From an uncultured Pelagibacteraceae bacterium (GTDB lineage Bacteria > Pseudomonadota > Alphaproteobacteria > Pelagibacterales > Pelagibacteraceae), in assembly GCA_902536305.1 (NCBI GenBank), contig CACAWX010000003.1:9599-73598 (forward strand): 64,000 nt of DNA, in the 5' to 3' direction. The position numbers and the translations under genes were made by a program. Shown here one piece after another: positions 41,455 to 51,326 of the stretch (the first letter of the stretch is position 1; every line of letters starts with the position of its first letter). The notes under the pieces are model-generated. The model searched no databases, was not told the origin of the DNA, and saw only the letters and a list, made by a program, of their open reading frames with translations.

Positions 41455-41478
41455 TGGCACACTCTTGAATCAATTGAG
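41455..41478 (+). repeat. Inner 24-bp direct repeat, right copy
   Basis: TGGCACACTCTTGAATCAATTGAG, 34 nt upstream of the cargo gene start. Confidence 0.9.
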
Positions 41479-41505
41479 AAAGAAATTTAAATAATTTAAA
41501 ATGTC

Positions 41506-41534
41506 TTGCATTTATAAAAACCGCTAACTATAAT
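41506..41534 (+). promoter_or_regulatory. Sigma70-type promoter of intact tRNA-Gly
   Basis: TTGCAT(41506-41511)-N17-TATAAT(41529-41534). Confidence 0.72.
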
Positions 41535-41546
41535 GATTTTTAATAG

Positions 41547-41621
41547 GCGGGCATAGCTCAGTGGTAGAGCGTCTCGTTGCCAACGAGAAGGTCGAGGGTT
41601 CGAACCCCTTTGCCCGCTCCA
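41547..41621 (+). tRNA. tRNA-Gly (anticodon GCC)
   Basis: Acceptor GCGGGCA/TGCCCGC, D arm GCTC/GAGC, anticodon arm TCTCG-TTGCCAA-CGAGA, GGTTCGAAC T loop, encoded CCA; 75 nt. Confidence 0.98.
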
Positions 41622-41625
41622 AATT

Positions 41626-41964
41626 ATGGATGACTTATCACAAAAAAAATGCATTGCTTGCGATGGAAATATCCCTCCTTTTGATAAAAGCGAAATACAC
41701 AAATATCTTAAAAAAGTCGATGGATGGCATGTTAAAAGTAACGATGATAAAAGCCACTATTTAGTTAAAGAGTTTAAATTTAAAAATTTTGAGGAAAGTC
41801 AAAATTTTGTAAATAAAGTTGGCAATGTTGCTGAAGTGGAAAACCATCACCCAGATATTTCTTTTGGGTGGGGTTATTGTAAAGTAAAAATTTTTACTCA
41901 TGCTATTAAAGGACTTGCTGAAAGTGATTTTATTTTAGCTGCAAAAATAGACAAAATACATTAA
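41626..41964 (+). CDS. Pterin-4-alpha-carbinolamine dehydratase
   Basis: FKFKNF, AEVENHHPDI, THAIKGL..SDFILAAKID. Confidence 0.95.
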   Translation: MDDLSQKKCIACDGNIPPFDKSEIHKYLKKVDGWHVKSNDDKSHYLVKEFKFKNFEESQNFVNKVGNVAEVENHHPDISFGWGYCKVKIFTHAIKGLAESDFILAAKIDKIH

Positions 41965-43517
41965 TGTTTAAAATGTCTAATATCTGTAAAGAACATTTTA
42001 ATTTTAGCCTTATTAGCAGCATTTATAACTTCCTGATCTCTAATTGAGCCACCTGGCTGAACTATAGTTTTAACTCCAGCCTTAATAAGAATATTTATTC
42101 CATCAGTAAAAGGAAAGAAAGCATCTGATGCAGCTATAGAATTTCTTATTTTTGGGGAATGAAACTGTTTAGCTTTTTGAACTGCAATTTTACAACTGTC
42201 TAATCTGCTTGGTTGGCCTGCACCAATACCAATAGTTGAAAAACTACTACATAGCACAATCGCGTTTGATTTAACATGTTTACAAACATTGAAAGCAAAC
42301 TGAATTTCAGCTAACTCTCGTTTGTTTGGTTTTAGTTTTGTAACGCACTTCAATTTTTTTTTATCTATTACAATATCATCCTTGCTTTGTACTAAAAAGG
42401 AACCATCAAAAGATTTAACGGAAGTAAAATTCTTAAGTTTAAAATTGGAAATATCAATCACTCTTAAATTTTTTTTACTTTTTAAAATTTCTAAAGAACC
42501 TTCATCAAAACCTTTTGCAAGAACGACCTCTAAAAAGTTTTTATTGATTTCATAAGCAATCTTTTTATTAATTTTATAATTACAAGCGATAACCCCACCA
42601 AAAGCACTTATTGGATCAGATGCATAAGCATTTTTAAATGAAATTAACGGTACTTTATTTTCAGATACTCCACATGGGTTTGCGTGTTTAATAATTACGG
42701 TTCCAGAATTTTTTTTCAACGAGTTAAGAATTTCTAAAGATGCAAACATATCATTGTAATTATTATAACTAAGTTCTTTTCCATGAATTTGATTAAACCC
42801 CAATTTTTTATCGTCGTAGTCACTCACGTAAATAGAGCTTTGTTGATGAGGATTTTCACCGTATCTTAGCTTTTGTAATTTTCTTCCAAAAATCGTTCTC
42901 CTTTCCGGAAATTCAATTTTAAGTTTTTTATTAAACCAATTCGCAATCATAGCGTCATAGTAAGCAGTCAACCCAAAAGCTTTAGATGCCATCAGTTCTC
43001 GGAATTTTAAAGAAGTTTTTCCTTTAAAAGTTTCCAATTCTTTAATTAATGACTTGTAGTCATTCCTGTTAGTTACAATGCTTACATTTTTAAAATTTTT
43101 TGCAGCAGCTCTAACCATTGTTGGGCCACCTATATCTATATTTTCGATAATTTGTTTTGGATTTTTAGTATTAGTTACAATTTTTTGAAATGGATAAAAA
43201 TTAACTACTATTAGATCGATAGCTGGAAAATTCTGTTTAGACATCTCGCTCTTATGCTTTTTATTCTGTCTGTCATGAAGAATACCCGCATGAATTTTAG
43301 GATGAAGTGTTTTAACTCTGCCATCTAACATTTCTCTAAAACCTGTGTACTTAGATAACTCAGTACATTGATAGCCTAGTTTTTTAATAGAAGCATACGT
43401 TCCTCCCGAACTAATAATGTTGATATTGAATTTTTTTAAAGTTTTAAGAAGAAAAGTTAAGTTTTCCTTATTAGAAACAGAGATTAAAGCATTTTTTACT
43501 TTTAAATTCATTGTCAA
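41961..43517 (-). CDS. purH: Bifunctional AICAR formyltransferase/IMP cyclohydrolase
   Basis: ALISVS, GRVKTLHP, IDIGGP, RYGENPHQ, KHANPCG, SDAFFPF. Confidence 0.98.
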   Translation of the reverse strand: MTMNLKVKNALISVSNKENLTFLLKTLKKFNINIISSGGTYASIKKLGYQCTELSKYTGFREMLDGRVKTLHPKIHAGILHDRQNKKHKSEMSKQNFPAIDLIVVNFYPFQKIVTNTKNPKQIIENIDIGGPTMVRAAAKNFKNVSIVTNRNDYKSLIKELETFKGKTSLKFRELMASKAFGLTAYYDAMIANWFNKKLKIEFPERRTIFGRKLQKLRYGENPHQQSSIYVSDYDDKKLGFNQIHGKELSYNNYNDMFASLEILNSLKKNSGTVIIKHANPCGVSENKVPLISFKNAYASDPISAFGGVIACNYKINKKIAYEINKNFLEVVLAKGFDEGSLEILKSKKNLRVIDISNFKLKNFTSVKSFDGSFLVQSKDDIVIDKKKLKCVTKLKPNKRELAEIQFAFNVCKHVKSNAIVLCSSFSTIGIGAGQPSRLDSCKIAVQKAKQFHSPKIRNSIAASDAFFPFTDGINILIKAGVKTIVQPGGSIRDQEVINAANKAKIKMFFTDIRHFKH

Positions 43518-45154
43518 ATATTTTTTTTAATTTCCCAATTAAAAGACTTATTTTTATTAACTAAATTACCAGTGATTGTTATACAAGTACTATCTAATAT
43601 TTTTTTTTCAGCAAAAAATATACTTTTTTCAAGTTCTAGATTTTCGTTGCTAATGGTGAATAACAAAGACTTATTTTTTGAAATTTGAATTAAAGCACCA
43701 TTCCCACTCATTGTTTTAACAACGGTAAGTTCTGGGTTTACATGAAATCTAAAAGAATAACGGACAGGATAACCGTCCTTTTTTTTAAATATATGATCTA
43801 TGCCTTTTAAATAATTATTTTCCTTATCAATGTAAATTTCTCTTTTATGAGTACATCCAAAACTTTTTTCATAACCATTATTTGTAGCTGCACAACCTAA
43901 AAGTTTATTTTCATTTTTTGTGGTGAAATCAAAAGATTTGAAATTATTTTTAACAGAATTTCCAAAAACCTTCTTAACTAATTCATTTTGCTCAAACTTA
44001 GTTACGGATGTATCATTTAAAGTTAGAGTTGATTGACAAGCTGTTAATCTGCTTAGTGTCTCGGCTTTTTTTGATATACTACTACCAAATCCAGAATTAG
44101 AAATAATTTTTATGTTATCTATGAAATATTCAAACGATAGAGGACCAGATTGATAAGAATTTGAAAATTTTTTTTGAGGTGGTTTCTCAACATCAATAAA
44201 TATCAAATGACTTTTATGTTTTATTTTAAATAAACCTCCAAAATTATTTTTTGTTGTTTTTCTATGCTTGGTATTTTCTAAATATTGATTAATTTGACTT
44301 AATTTTGATATTGTTGTGCCATTAAATAGGGGTAATTGATCATTTGGTGTTTTAATATAATTGAGACAAATAAGATTTTTTTCAGTTATATCTTCTAAAA
44401 ATTCTGGAACGTACTCCTGACTATCTTTTATTACCTCCTTGCAAAGAATCAAATATCTTGAATAAAATAATAAATCATTGGGATTTCTTGATAAAGGAAA
44501 GCCATCATTATCAAAAACATTTTTCACAAGAGTCTCCAGTTCTTTAATACCAATCTGAAAATTTACCTCATACTCCTTAAAAACAAGTCCTGACAATATT
44601 ATTGCTGTTAGAATTTCAATTTTTTTTAAAAAGTTTTTTTCAAACTTAATATTTTTTTTTAAATGGTTTGATTGAGCAACAATTGAATTTAGAAAATTTT
44701 TTTTAAAGTCAAATGTGCTATTACTTAATATAATATCAATATTTAAAATCCAGCTTATGATCCTGTTACTTAAAGTAGACGTTTCCCATATCTTTTTTTG
44801 ATATTTGGAGTTTTTTAGCATCCAAATATAAATAATTTTTTTTAAATTTTTTTGATCTCCTTTTCGATCTATTAAGTTAAGCCACAAAAAGTTGTGCGCT
44901 TGTTCAGAATTTTTTTTCTTATCCTCTAACCAGAAAATATTTGGATCTATCTCGTTAATTTTGAACGATTGATTTTTAAATGAACTAATAATGGATAGCA
45001 GGAAAGGATTTGGACTATAGTAAACTTGTTGGGGAGTAATTGACTCTAACGATTTATTATAGTTTTTCGAAGAAAAATAAAATTTTTTAAGAATTTTTAT
45101 TATAGTTATCTGAACCGCTAAAAGATAAAAGTAGACACTTTTCAGGCCAAACAT
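43514..45154 (-). CDS. Heparinase II/III-like protein
   Basis: DGFPLSRNP, PLFNG, GPLSFE, STLTLND, RFH..P; usual neighbour of purH. Confidence 0.8.
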   Translation of the reverse strand: MFGLKSVYFYLLAVQITIIKILKKFYFSSKNYNKSLESITPQQVYYSPNPFLLSIISSFKNQSFKINEIDPNIFWLEDKKKNSEQAHNFLWLNLIDRKGDQKNLKKIIYIWMLKNSKYQKKIWETSTLSNRIISWILNIDIILSNSTFDFKKNFLNSIVAQSNHLKKNIKFEKNFLKKIEILTAIILSGLVFKEYEVNFQIGIKELETLVKNVFDNDGFPLSRNPNDLLFYSRYLILCKEVIKDSQEYVPEFLEDITEKNLICLNYIKTPNDQLPLFNGTTISKLSQINQYLENTKHRKTTKNNFGGLFKIKHKSHLIFIDVEKPPQKKFSNSYQSGPLSFEYFIDNIKIISNSGFGSSISKKAETLSRLTACQSTLTLNDTSVTKFEQNELVKKVFGNSVKNNFKSFDFTTKNENKLLGCAATNNGYEKSFGCTHKREIYIDKENNYLKGIDHIFKKKDGYPVRYSFRFHVNPELTVVKTMSGNGALIQISKNKSLLFTISNENLELEKSIFFAEKKILDSTCITITGNLVNKNKSFNWEIKKNI

Positions 45155-45157
45155 TTA

Positions 45158-45820
45158 TTAATTATTTCTAAGGATCTCTATATTTTTTTTAAGGTCACCC
45201 TTATTTTCTTTAAAAACTGTAGAGCCCGAAACAAGTATATTCGCGCCAGCGTTCTTTGCTTTTGAACAATTTTCAAAATTAATTCCACCATCTATTTCGA
45301 CGTCAACATTTAAGTTTTGTTTATTTATCAAATCTCTTACAGCTTTCGTTTTTTCTAGCACTTCGGGCATAAACTTCTGGCCTCCAAAACCGGGTTCAAC
45401 ACTCATTATTAAAACTAAATCTATTTCTTTTAAGTAATTTTGTATTAAATCAATTTTAGATTTCGGTTTAAGAGAAATACCTACTTTTTTATTTTGATCT
45501 CTAATTAGTTTTATAGTTCTAGAAACATCAGTCGTTGCTTCAGGGTGAAATGTAATAATATCTGCACCTGCATCAGCAAAATCTTTTATGAAATTATCTA
45601 CTGGAGAGATCATTAAATGGACGTCAAATATCTTTTTAGTAAGAGGTCTTAGCTTTTTTATTACCTCAGGCCCAATAGTTAAATTTGGAACAAAATGACC
45701 ATCCATAACATCTATATGGATATAGTCAGCACCTGCCTTTTCCAAAGAAATTACTTCGTTTCCTAATTTACTAAAATCAGCAGATAAAATTGAAGGAGAA
45801 ATTTTAATTAGACCACTCAT
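45158..45820 (-). CDS. rpe: Ribulose-phosphate 3-epimerase
   Basis: SPSILSADF, HIDVMDGHFVPN, MSVEPGFGGQ, IDGG. Confidence 0.98.
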   Translation of the reverse strand: MSGLIKISPSILSADFSKLGNEVISLEKAGADYIHIDVMDGHFVPNLTIGPEVIKKLRPLTKKIFDVHLMISPVDNFIKDFADAGADIITFHPEATTDVSRTIKLIRDQNKKVGISLKPKSKIDLIQNYLKEIDLVLIMSVEPGFGGQKFMPEVLEKTKAVRDLINKQNLNVDVEIDGGINFENCSKAKNAGANILVSGSTVFKENKGDLKKNIEILRNN

Positions 45821-45867
45821 AGCTTGTTTATATTTTAAACTAAAATTTTGTCAAAAAAATTAAGAAA

Positions 45868-46212
45868 TCAGTTGAATAATTGGTAAAGTTGTCTTGAGAA
45901 ATCACTTTCAAGTGGAAATGCCAACATTCCCCATACATCGTAACCTAAAATGTAAGGCATTGCATAAAATCTAAATAGGTAGAAAAACCAAGCCACATAA
46001 AGAGCTATGAATGGACCAAAAAGAAAACTCGGTGTGATAAACTTGAATAAATTAATTATAGGGTTGGTATATTTAACAAATACTCGCATGAAGAAAAACG
46101 TAGAGTCCTCTTTTTGAAAGATATTCATGAATGCGCGACCAATTAAAGTCCACATTATCATTCCCAAAACGTAGTCTAACACTATCGCCCAAGTAGGTAT
46201 CATTATTTTCAA
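45868..46212 (-). CDS. Small membrane protein downstream of the symporter (YggT-like)
   Basis: Hydrophobic segments, MWTLIGR...F...TNP; start may be ATG 46203. Confidence 0.6.
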   Translation of the reverse strand: MKIMIPTWAIVLDYVLGMIMWTLIGRAFMNIFQKEDSTFFFMRVFVKYTNPIINLFKFITPSFLFGPFIALYVAWFFYLFRFYAMPYILGYDVWGMLAFPLESDFSRQLYQLFN

Positions 46213-46229
46213 GATATCATGATTTAGCC

Positions 46230-46261
46230 AAAAAAAAAGGGGCGAATAAATCGCCCCTTTT
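46230..46261 (-). terminator. Rho-independent terminator of the symporter operon
   Basis: AAAAGGGGCGA-ATAAA-TCGCCCCTTTT hairpin with T9 tract on - strand. Confidence 0.88.
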
Positions 46262-46280
46262 AATTTTAAATAATTATTAT

Positions 46281-48137
46281 TTAGTGCTGTTTACCTAGAA
46301 TAGCCTTACCTGTAGGTATTCTTGTATCGTCTACCATTTTTTGAGTAGCAGCATTTGGTTCTTTAGTCATTAAACTAACTACAACCATTACAACTAAACA
46401 AATTGGCGCTCCGATTAATCCAAATCTTAAGTGATCGATACCTAAGAATGGTTCGTTTACACTACCGAAAATTGGCACTGAAAATTTAGGATATACCCAT
46501 AATAGGTAGAACAATCCAGATAATATTCCAGTAACTATTCCGGCAATTGCACCTTCTCTAGTAGCTCTCTTCCACCATACACCAAGTACAAGTGGGAAGA
46601 ATAAGCCTGACATTGCAAAGTCAAATGCCCAAGCAACCGAACCTAAGATACTTGTTAACCTGAATGAGGCTATATAAGCACCGGCAGCTCCGATTATTAC
46701 TAGAAGTACACGAGCAACTAAAAGTCTTTTAGCTGTATCAGCTTTTGGATCTATGATTTTGTAGTAAATATCATGAGATAAAGCATTTGATATCGCTAAT
46801 ACAAGACCATCAGCAGTTGACATGGCAGCAGCCATACCACCAGCAAACACAAGTCCTGAGATTACGAACGGTAGTCCCGCTACTTCTGGAGTAGCTAATA
46901 CTACAACGTCACCTCTCATGAACCATTCGTTCAACTGAAGTATACCGTCACCATTAAAGTCTGCGATAAATACTTGTTTAACTTCAGACCATCTTTGTAC
47001 CCATTCTATCGACTGAACTTCAGAAATAGATTTTCCGATAATTCCAGTTGGTAGATTTGGATCCATCAATGCCAATTTAGACAATGTCGCTAACATAGGC
47101 GCTGAAGAGTAAAGTAAGAAAATAAAGAATAGCGACCAAGCTACTGATTTTCTTGCTGCTCTTACTGAAGGAGTTGTAAAGTATCTCATTAAGATATGAG
47201 GTAACGATGCAGTTCCTACCATCATACAAATCGCTAGCGATAAGTATTTCCAGACAGCCATTCCACCTTCAGGTACTCCAGAGTGAGATCCAGAGATATA
47301 TTTCAATCCTCCTGGTACCCCAGCTGCTTTCATATCTGCGGCGCTGTTTTTAACTAGTCCAAATTGCTGTTCAAGTTCACCAAGTCTTGCAACCTCGTCA
47401 CCTAACATTAAGTGCGGGAATACACCCCCACCAACTTTACTACTAATCCAGAAAACTGGTATTAGATAAGCAACGATTAATACAATGTACTGAGCAACCT
47501 GAGTCCAAGTTACGGCTCTCATTCCACCAAGCATTGAACAGATAAGGATACTTATTAATCCTACCCATACACCTGCTTCGAACGGAATTCCAAGAGCTCT
47601 AGAAGCAATTGTTCCCGTAGCGTTAATTTGTGCAGTTACATAAGTAAATGATGCAATGAAAAGCACGAACACAGAGCAAGCTCTTACGAGATTACCACCG
47701 TATCGTGTTCCAATGAAATCAGGAACTGTGTAACATCCAAATTTTCTTAGGTACGGAGCCATTAAAGTTGCTACAAGTACATATCCACCTGTCCAACCTA
47801 CTAAGAAGGCCATATAAGTATAACCACCATAGTAAACTCCACCTGCTAAGGCTACGAATGATGCACCTGACATCCAGTCAGCTGCCGTTGCCATCCCGTT
47901 AAATACGGTCGGCACTTGTCTTCCTGCAACATAGTAGGCATCTACTTGAATGGTTCTTGATAAATAACCAATTAAGGCATAAATCAAGACCGTGAAAGCT
48001 ACGAACATCACTCCGATGTTTTTAGCTGACACACCTGCTTGCTCCGCAATAGCCATCAATATGATGAATACTACGAAACCACCAGTGTAGGTCCCGTATA
48101 TTTTAGGAAGGTTTTGTATAAAATCTCCTTTAAACAT
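46281..48137 (-). CDS. Sodium:solute symporter, ActP/VC_2705-like (probable acetate/monocarboxylate permease)
   Basis: NGMATAADWMSGASF, YTVPDFIGTRY, GTASLPHILMRY, DFNGDG loop; near acs. Confidence 0.9.
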   Translation of the reverse strand: MFKGDFIQNLPKIYGTYTGGFVVFIILMAIAEQAGVSAKNIGVMFVAFTVLIYALIGYLSRTIQVDAYYVAGRQVPTVFNGMATAADWMSGASFVALAGGVYYGGYTYMAFLVGWTGGYVLVATLMAPYLRKFGCYTVPDFIGTRYGGNLVRACSVFVLFIASFTYVTAQINATGTIASRALGIPFEAGVWVGLISILICSMLGGMRAVTWTQVAQYIVLIVAYLIPVFWISSKVGGGVFPHLMLGDEVARLGELEQQFGLVKNSAADMKAAGVPGGLKYISGSHSGVPEGGMAVWKYLSLAICMMVGTASLPHILMRYFTTPSVRAARKSVAWSLFFIFLLYSSAPMLATLSKLALMDPNLPTGIIGKSISEVQSIEWVQRWSEVKQVFIADFNGDGILQLNEWFMRGDVVVLATPEVAGLPFVISGLVFAGGMAAAMSTADGLVLAISNALSHDIYYKIIDPKADTAKRLLVARVLLVIIGAAGAYIASFRLTSILGSVAWAFDFAMSGLFFPLVLGVWWKRATREGAIAGIVTGILSGLFYLLWVYPKFSVPIFGSVNEPFLGIDHLRFGLIGAPICLVVMVVVSLMTKEPNAATQKMVDDTRIPTGKAILGKQH

Positions 48138-48394
48138 TAGTCGTCCTCTCTTTCTGAGAACCCATGCTCTTCGTCGATTTTTTCTTGTTTGTTAGCAGTC
48201 CAAAACAATATTATTACAAACGCAAGAAGTGATCCTTGTGCCGTCATATAATATGCTAGTGGGTACCCAAGAAAAGACATCGTGTTTAGTTCAGAACCAA
48301 ACATGAAGATAACTAATGAGAAGAAAGCCCAAAGAACCAATGTAACTATCATATGGTTCTTAGTCTTATTCCAATATGCGTCTTTATTTGACAT
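48137..48394 (-). CDS. DUF4212 symporter small subunit
   Basis: YW, GYPLAYYMTAQGS, two TM helices. Confidence 0.9.
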   Translation of the reverse strand: MSNKDAYWNKTKNHMIVTLVLWAFFSLVIFMFGSELNTMSFLGYPLAYYMTAQGSLLAFVIILFWTANKQEKIDEEHGFSEREDD

Positions 48395-48559
48395 ATTTCC
48401 CCCTGTTTTTTTTTAACTTTAACTTTAACTTTTTACGTAAAAAGTACTTTAGTGCTGGGAAGCATACTGATTATGAGTTGAATTTAAAGCTAAAAAAGGC
48501 AGTCAAAACCAATTTGAAATGCTATAACATAAGTAAAATAAGGGTTTTTTTTATACAAC

Positions 48560-49189
48560 GTGAAATTGAATATTAATAACTTTAGAAACACTCTAAAAAC
48601 TGTCCTGGAATACTTGTTTCCAGTCGAGAAGGTTACAAGTTATTTTAAAAGTATAAAATCCAAAGAAGATTTACAAAAATTTATACAACAAAGATCAGCT
48701 CACGTAACTCAAACAACATTATACGGATATTTAAAAACTCGAATGGGACATAAGTTCACTTTAATGGTAGATGACGAGGAATTCTCAAAATCAATTAATC
48801 TTGCAAAGTGGAATATTTATATGGTCGCTTTAGCTGATTGTTCTTTTTATGTTTTCTCAATCTTAATAACCGAAAAAAATTTAAAAGAAAATGATTGTAG
48901 AGAAGTATTTTTGAGAATTATTGAAAATGAAAAAAAAAACGGCTTAAGTGAAGTAATTCACATTAAAGCGAAAACAGATTTTTTAAATAGATTAGAAAAA
49001 ATCGATTTTAAAAAGTATTATTTGGAAGAACCATTTAAAGAAAGTGGTTTAGCTCTTTATAACTGGTCCCCTATAGCTGACGAACTAAAGGAACTGGATA
49101 AAAAAATAGTTTTAAATTCTATAAAACTTAAATGGAACTTAATTGTAGATGAATTTGATAAATTAACTAAAAATTTAAAATTTGATTAG
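48560..49189 (+). CDS. Hypothetical protein
   Basis: 209-aa ORF filling the gap; [23 protein letters not shown]; function not recognised. Confidence 0.6.
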   Translation: MKLNINNFRNTLKTVLEYLFPVEKVTSYFKSIKSKEDLQKFIQQRSAHVTQTTLYGYLKTRMGHKFTLMVDDEEFSKSINLAKWNIYMVALADCSFYVFSILITEKNLKENDCREVFLRIIENEKKNGLSEVIHIKAKTDFLNRLEKIDFKKYYLEEPFKESGLALYNWSPIADELKELDKKIVLNSIKLKWNLIVDEFDKLTKNLKFD

Positions 49190-51315
49190 TCTCTATTTTG
49201 TCTATTCTCCACTAAGGAAGCAACAACACTTGGGTCGGCTAAAGTTGTAGTGTCTCCTAGATTATCTGGTTCGTTAGCTGCAATTTTTCTTAAAATTCTT
49301 CTCATGATTTTACCTGATCTTGTTTTAGGTAAACCAGGAGCAAATTGAATTACATCTGGATAACAAATAGGTCCGATTTGTTTTCTAACCCATTGTTTTA
49401 AATCTCTTTCTAAATCTCCTGTAGGATTTTCATCAGCATTTAAAGTAACGTAACAATATAATCCGTTTCCTTTAATACTATGAGGAAAACCAACTACAGC
49501 TGCCTCAGCGACCTTAGGATGAGCAACAAATGCACTTTCAATTTCAGCAGTTCCTAAGTTATGACCTGAAACAATAATTACATCATCTACTCTTCCTGTA
49601 ATCCAATAATAGCCATCTTTATCTCTTCGACATCCATCTCCAGTAAAATACTTTCCATCAAATTGTGAGAAATAAGTATCTATAAATCTTTGATGATCAC
49701 CATAAACGGTTCTCATTTGTCCTGGCCATGAACTAGCCATACACAATCTTCCTTGTCCTTCACCTTTTATTAATTTTCCATCTTTATCAACTAAGACAGG
49801 CTTAATTCCATAGAACGGTTTAGTTGCTGAACCTGGCTTTAAATCTATAGCGCCAGGTTGAGGAGCGATTAATATTCCGCCTGTCTCTGTTTGCCACCAA
49901 GTATCTACAATTGGACATTTGGAGTCACCAACTGTCTTGTAATACCACATCCAAGCTTCAGGATTTATTGGTTCCCCTACTGTACCTAGTAATTTAAGAG
50001 ATTTTCTACTTGTTTTTTTTACTGGTCCATCACCTTCTCTCATTAAAGCTCTAATTGCAGTAGGTGCAGTATAAAAAGTGTTAACTTTATATTTATCTAC
50101 AATTTGCCACCATCTAGAATTATCCGGATAGGTCGGAATACCCTCAAACATTATCGTAGTTGCTCCATTGGCTAATGGTCCATAAATAATGTAACTGTGA
50201 CCGGTTACCCAACCAATGTCAGCTGTGCACCAATAAATATCTGTAGGTTTATAATCAAAGATGTATTGGTGAGTCATAGAAGCATAAACCATGTAACCGC
50301 CCGTAGTATGCAAGACTCCTTTAGGTTTTCCTGTAGAACCAGAGGTGTAAAGAATAAATAAAGGATCTTCAGCACCCATTTCTTCAGGATCACATTTCGT
50401 AGGTGCTGACGAAATTAGTTTTTTGTAAGAAACATCTCTTTCGTTATTCCAATTAACTTGATTTCCTGTTCTTTCTACCACAACACATTTTTTAACATCA
50501 GGACATTGTTGCAATGCTTCGTCAGCAATTTTTTTCAGAGGAATTATTTTACCACCTCTAACCCCTTCATCTGCGGTAATTAAATAATCTGACTCGCAGT
50601 CATTAATTCTTGTAGCTATCGAGTCTGGGGAAAAACCTCCAAAAATTATTGAGTGTACCGCCCCAATTCTTGCACAAGCTAACATCACATATGCAAGTTC
50701 AGGGATCATGGTTAGGTAAATTGTCACTCTATCACCTTTTTGGATTCCTAAACTTTTTAATCCATTAGCTGCTTTACATACATTTTTATGTAATTCTTTA
50801 TAAGAAATCTTCTTTGAATCTGCCGGATCGTCTCCGACCCAAATTATAGCTGTCTTACTTGCGTTCTTTCTTAAGTGTCTATCAATACAATTAGCCGATG
50901 CATTAAGCGTTCCATCGTAATACCACTTAATTTTAACATCATCTTTACTATATTTTACATCTTTAACTTTTGAATATTTTTTTATCCAAGAAATTCTTTT
51001 TCCTTCTTTGGCCCAAAACTTATCATTTTCTTTTATAGAGAGTTTATATTTTTTTTGGTATTTAGATTTATTAACGTGTGCTTGATTAGCCCAACTTTCT
51101 GAAACTTTTATTAGTGACTTACCATCACCATCTTCTAGAAGTTTTGGAGCTTTGAATTTTTTCTTTCTTGGCTTGCTCCTCTTTTTTGCTTTTCTTGACT
51201 TAGATTTCCTTGTTTTTTTTACTTTTCTGGTTTTTTTCTTAGATCTAACAGCCTTTTTAGACTTTCTTCTTTTAACTTTTTTAGTTTTTTTTCTTTTCTT
51301 CTTTTTTTTAGCCAC
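49186..51315 (-). CDS. acs: Acetyl-CoA synthetase with polybasic N-terminal extension
   Basis: [37 protein letters not shown]; GTG start with AAGGGAG RBS. Confidence 0.98.
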   Translation of the reverse strand: MAKKKKKRKKTKKVKRRKSKKAVRSKKKTRKVKKTRKSKSRKAKKRSKPRKKKFKAPKLLEDGDGKSLIKVSESWANQAHVNKSKYQKKYKLSIKENDKFWAKEGKRISWIKKYSKVKDVKYSKDDVKIKWYYDGTLNASANCIDRHLRKNASKTAIIWVGDDPADSKKISYKELHKNVCKAANGLKSLGIQKGDRVTIYLTMIPELAYVMLACARIGAVHSIIFGGFSPDSIATRINDCESDYLITADEGVRGGKIIPLKKIADEALQQCPDVKKCVVVERTGNQVNWNNERDVSYKKLISSAPTKCDPEEMGAEDPLFILYTSGSTGKPKGVLHTTGGYMVYASMTHQYIFDYKPTDIYWCTADIGWVTGHSYIIYGPLANGATTIMFEGIPTYPDNSRWWQIVDKYKVNTFYTAPTAIRALMREGDGPVKKTSRKSLKLLGTVGEPINPEAWMWYYKTVGDSKCPIVDTWWQTETGGILIAPQPGAIDLKPGSATKPFYGIKPVLVDKDGKLIKGEGQGRLCMASSWPGQMRTVYGDHQRFIDTYFSQFDGKYFTGDGCRRDKDGYYWITGRVDDVIIVSGHNLGTAEIESAFVAHPKVAEAAVVGFPHSIKGNGLYCYVTLNADENPTGDLERDLKQWVRKQIGPICYPDVIQFAPGLPKTRSGKIMRRILRKIAANEPDNLGDTTTLADPSVVASLVENRQNRD

Positions 51316-51326
51316 AATTTCTCCCT

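Larger units (their letters stand above)
40221..41583. mobile_element. Integrase-free single-gene islet at tRNA-Gly(GCC)
   Basis: 37-bp tRNA direct repeats 1326 bp apart enclosing one nuclease-domain gene; no recombinase encoded. Confidence 0.8.

Noticed and set aside
41455-41470. TGGCAC...TTGA as a sigma54 promoter
   Set aside because: Spacing is one base short and the -12 element is TTGA rather than TTGC; the duplication is better explained as a repeat.
40320-41478. CRISPR repeats or IS ends
   Set aside because: Only two direct copies 1.1 kb apart; no cas or transposase gene and no terminal inverted repeats.
40221-41621. Intron-split or permuted tRNA
   Set aside because: The downstream copy is a complete tRNA, and no group I/II intron structure was recognisable in the insert.
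41496-41764. Short ORFs 41496-41702 (-) and 41561-41764 (+)
   Set aside because: They are translations across the tRNA gene.
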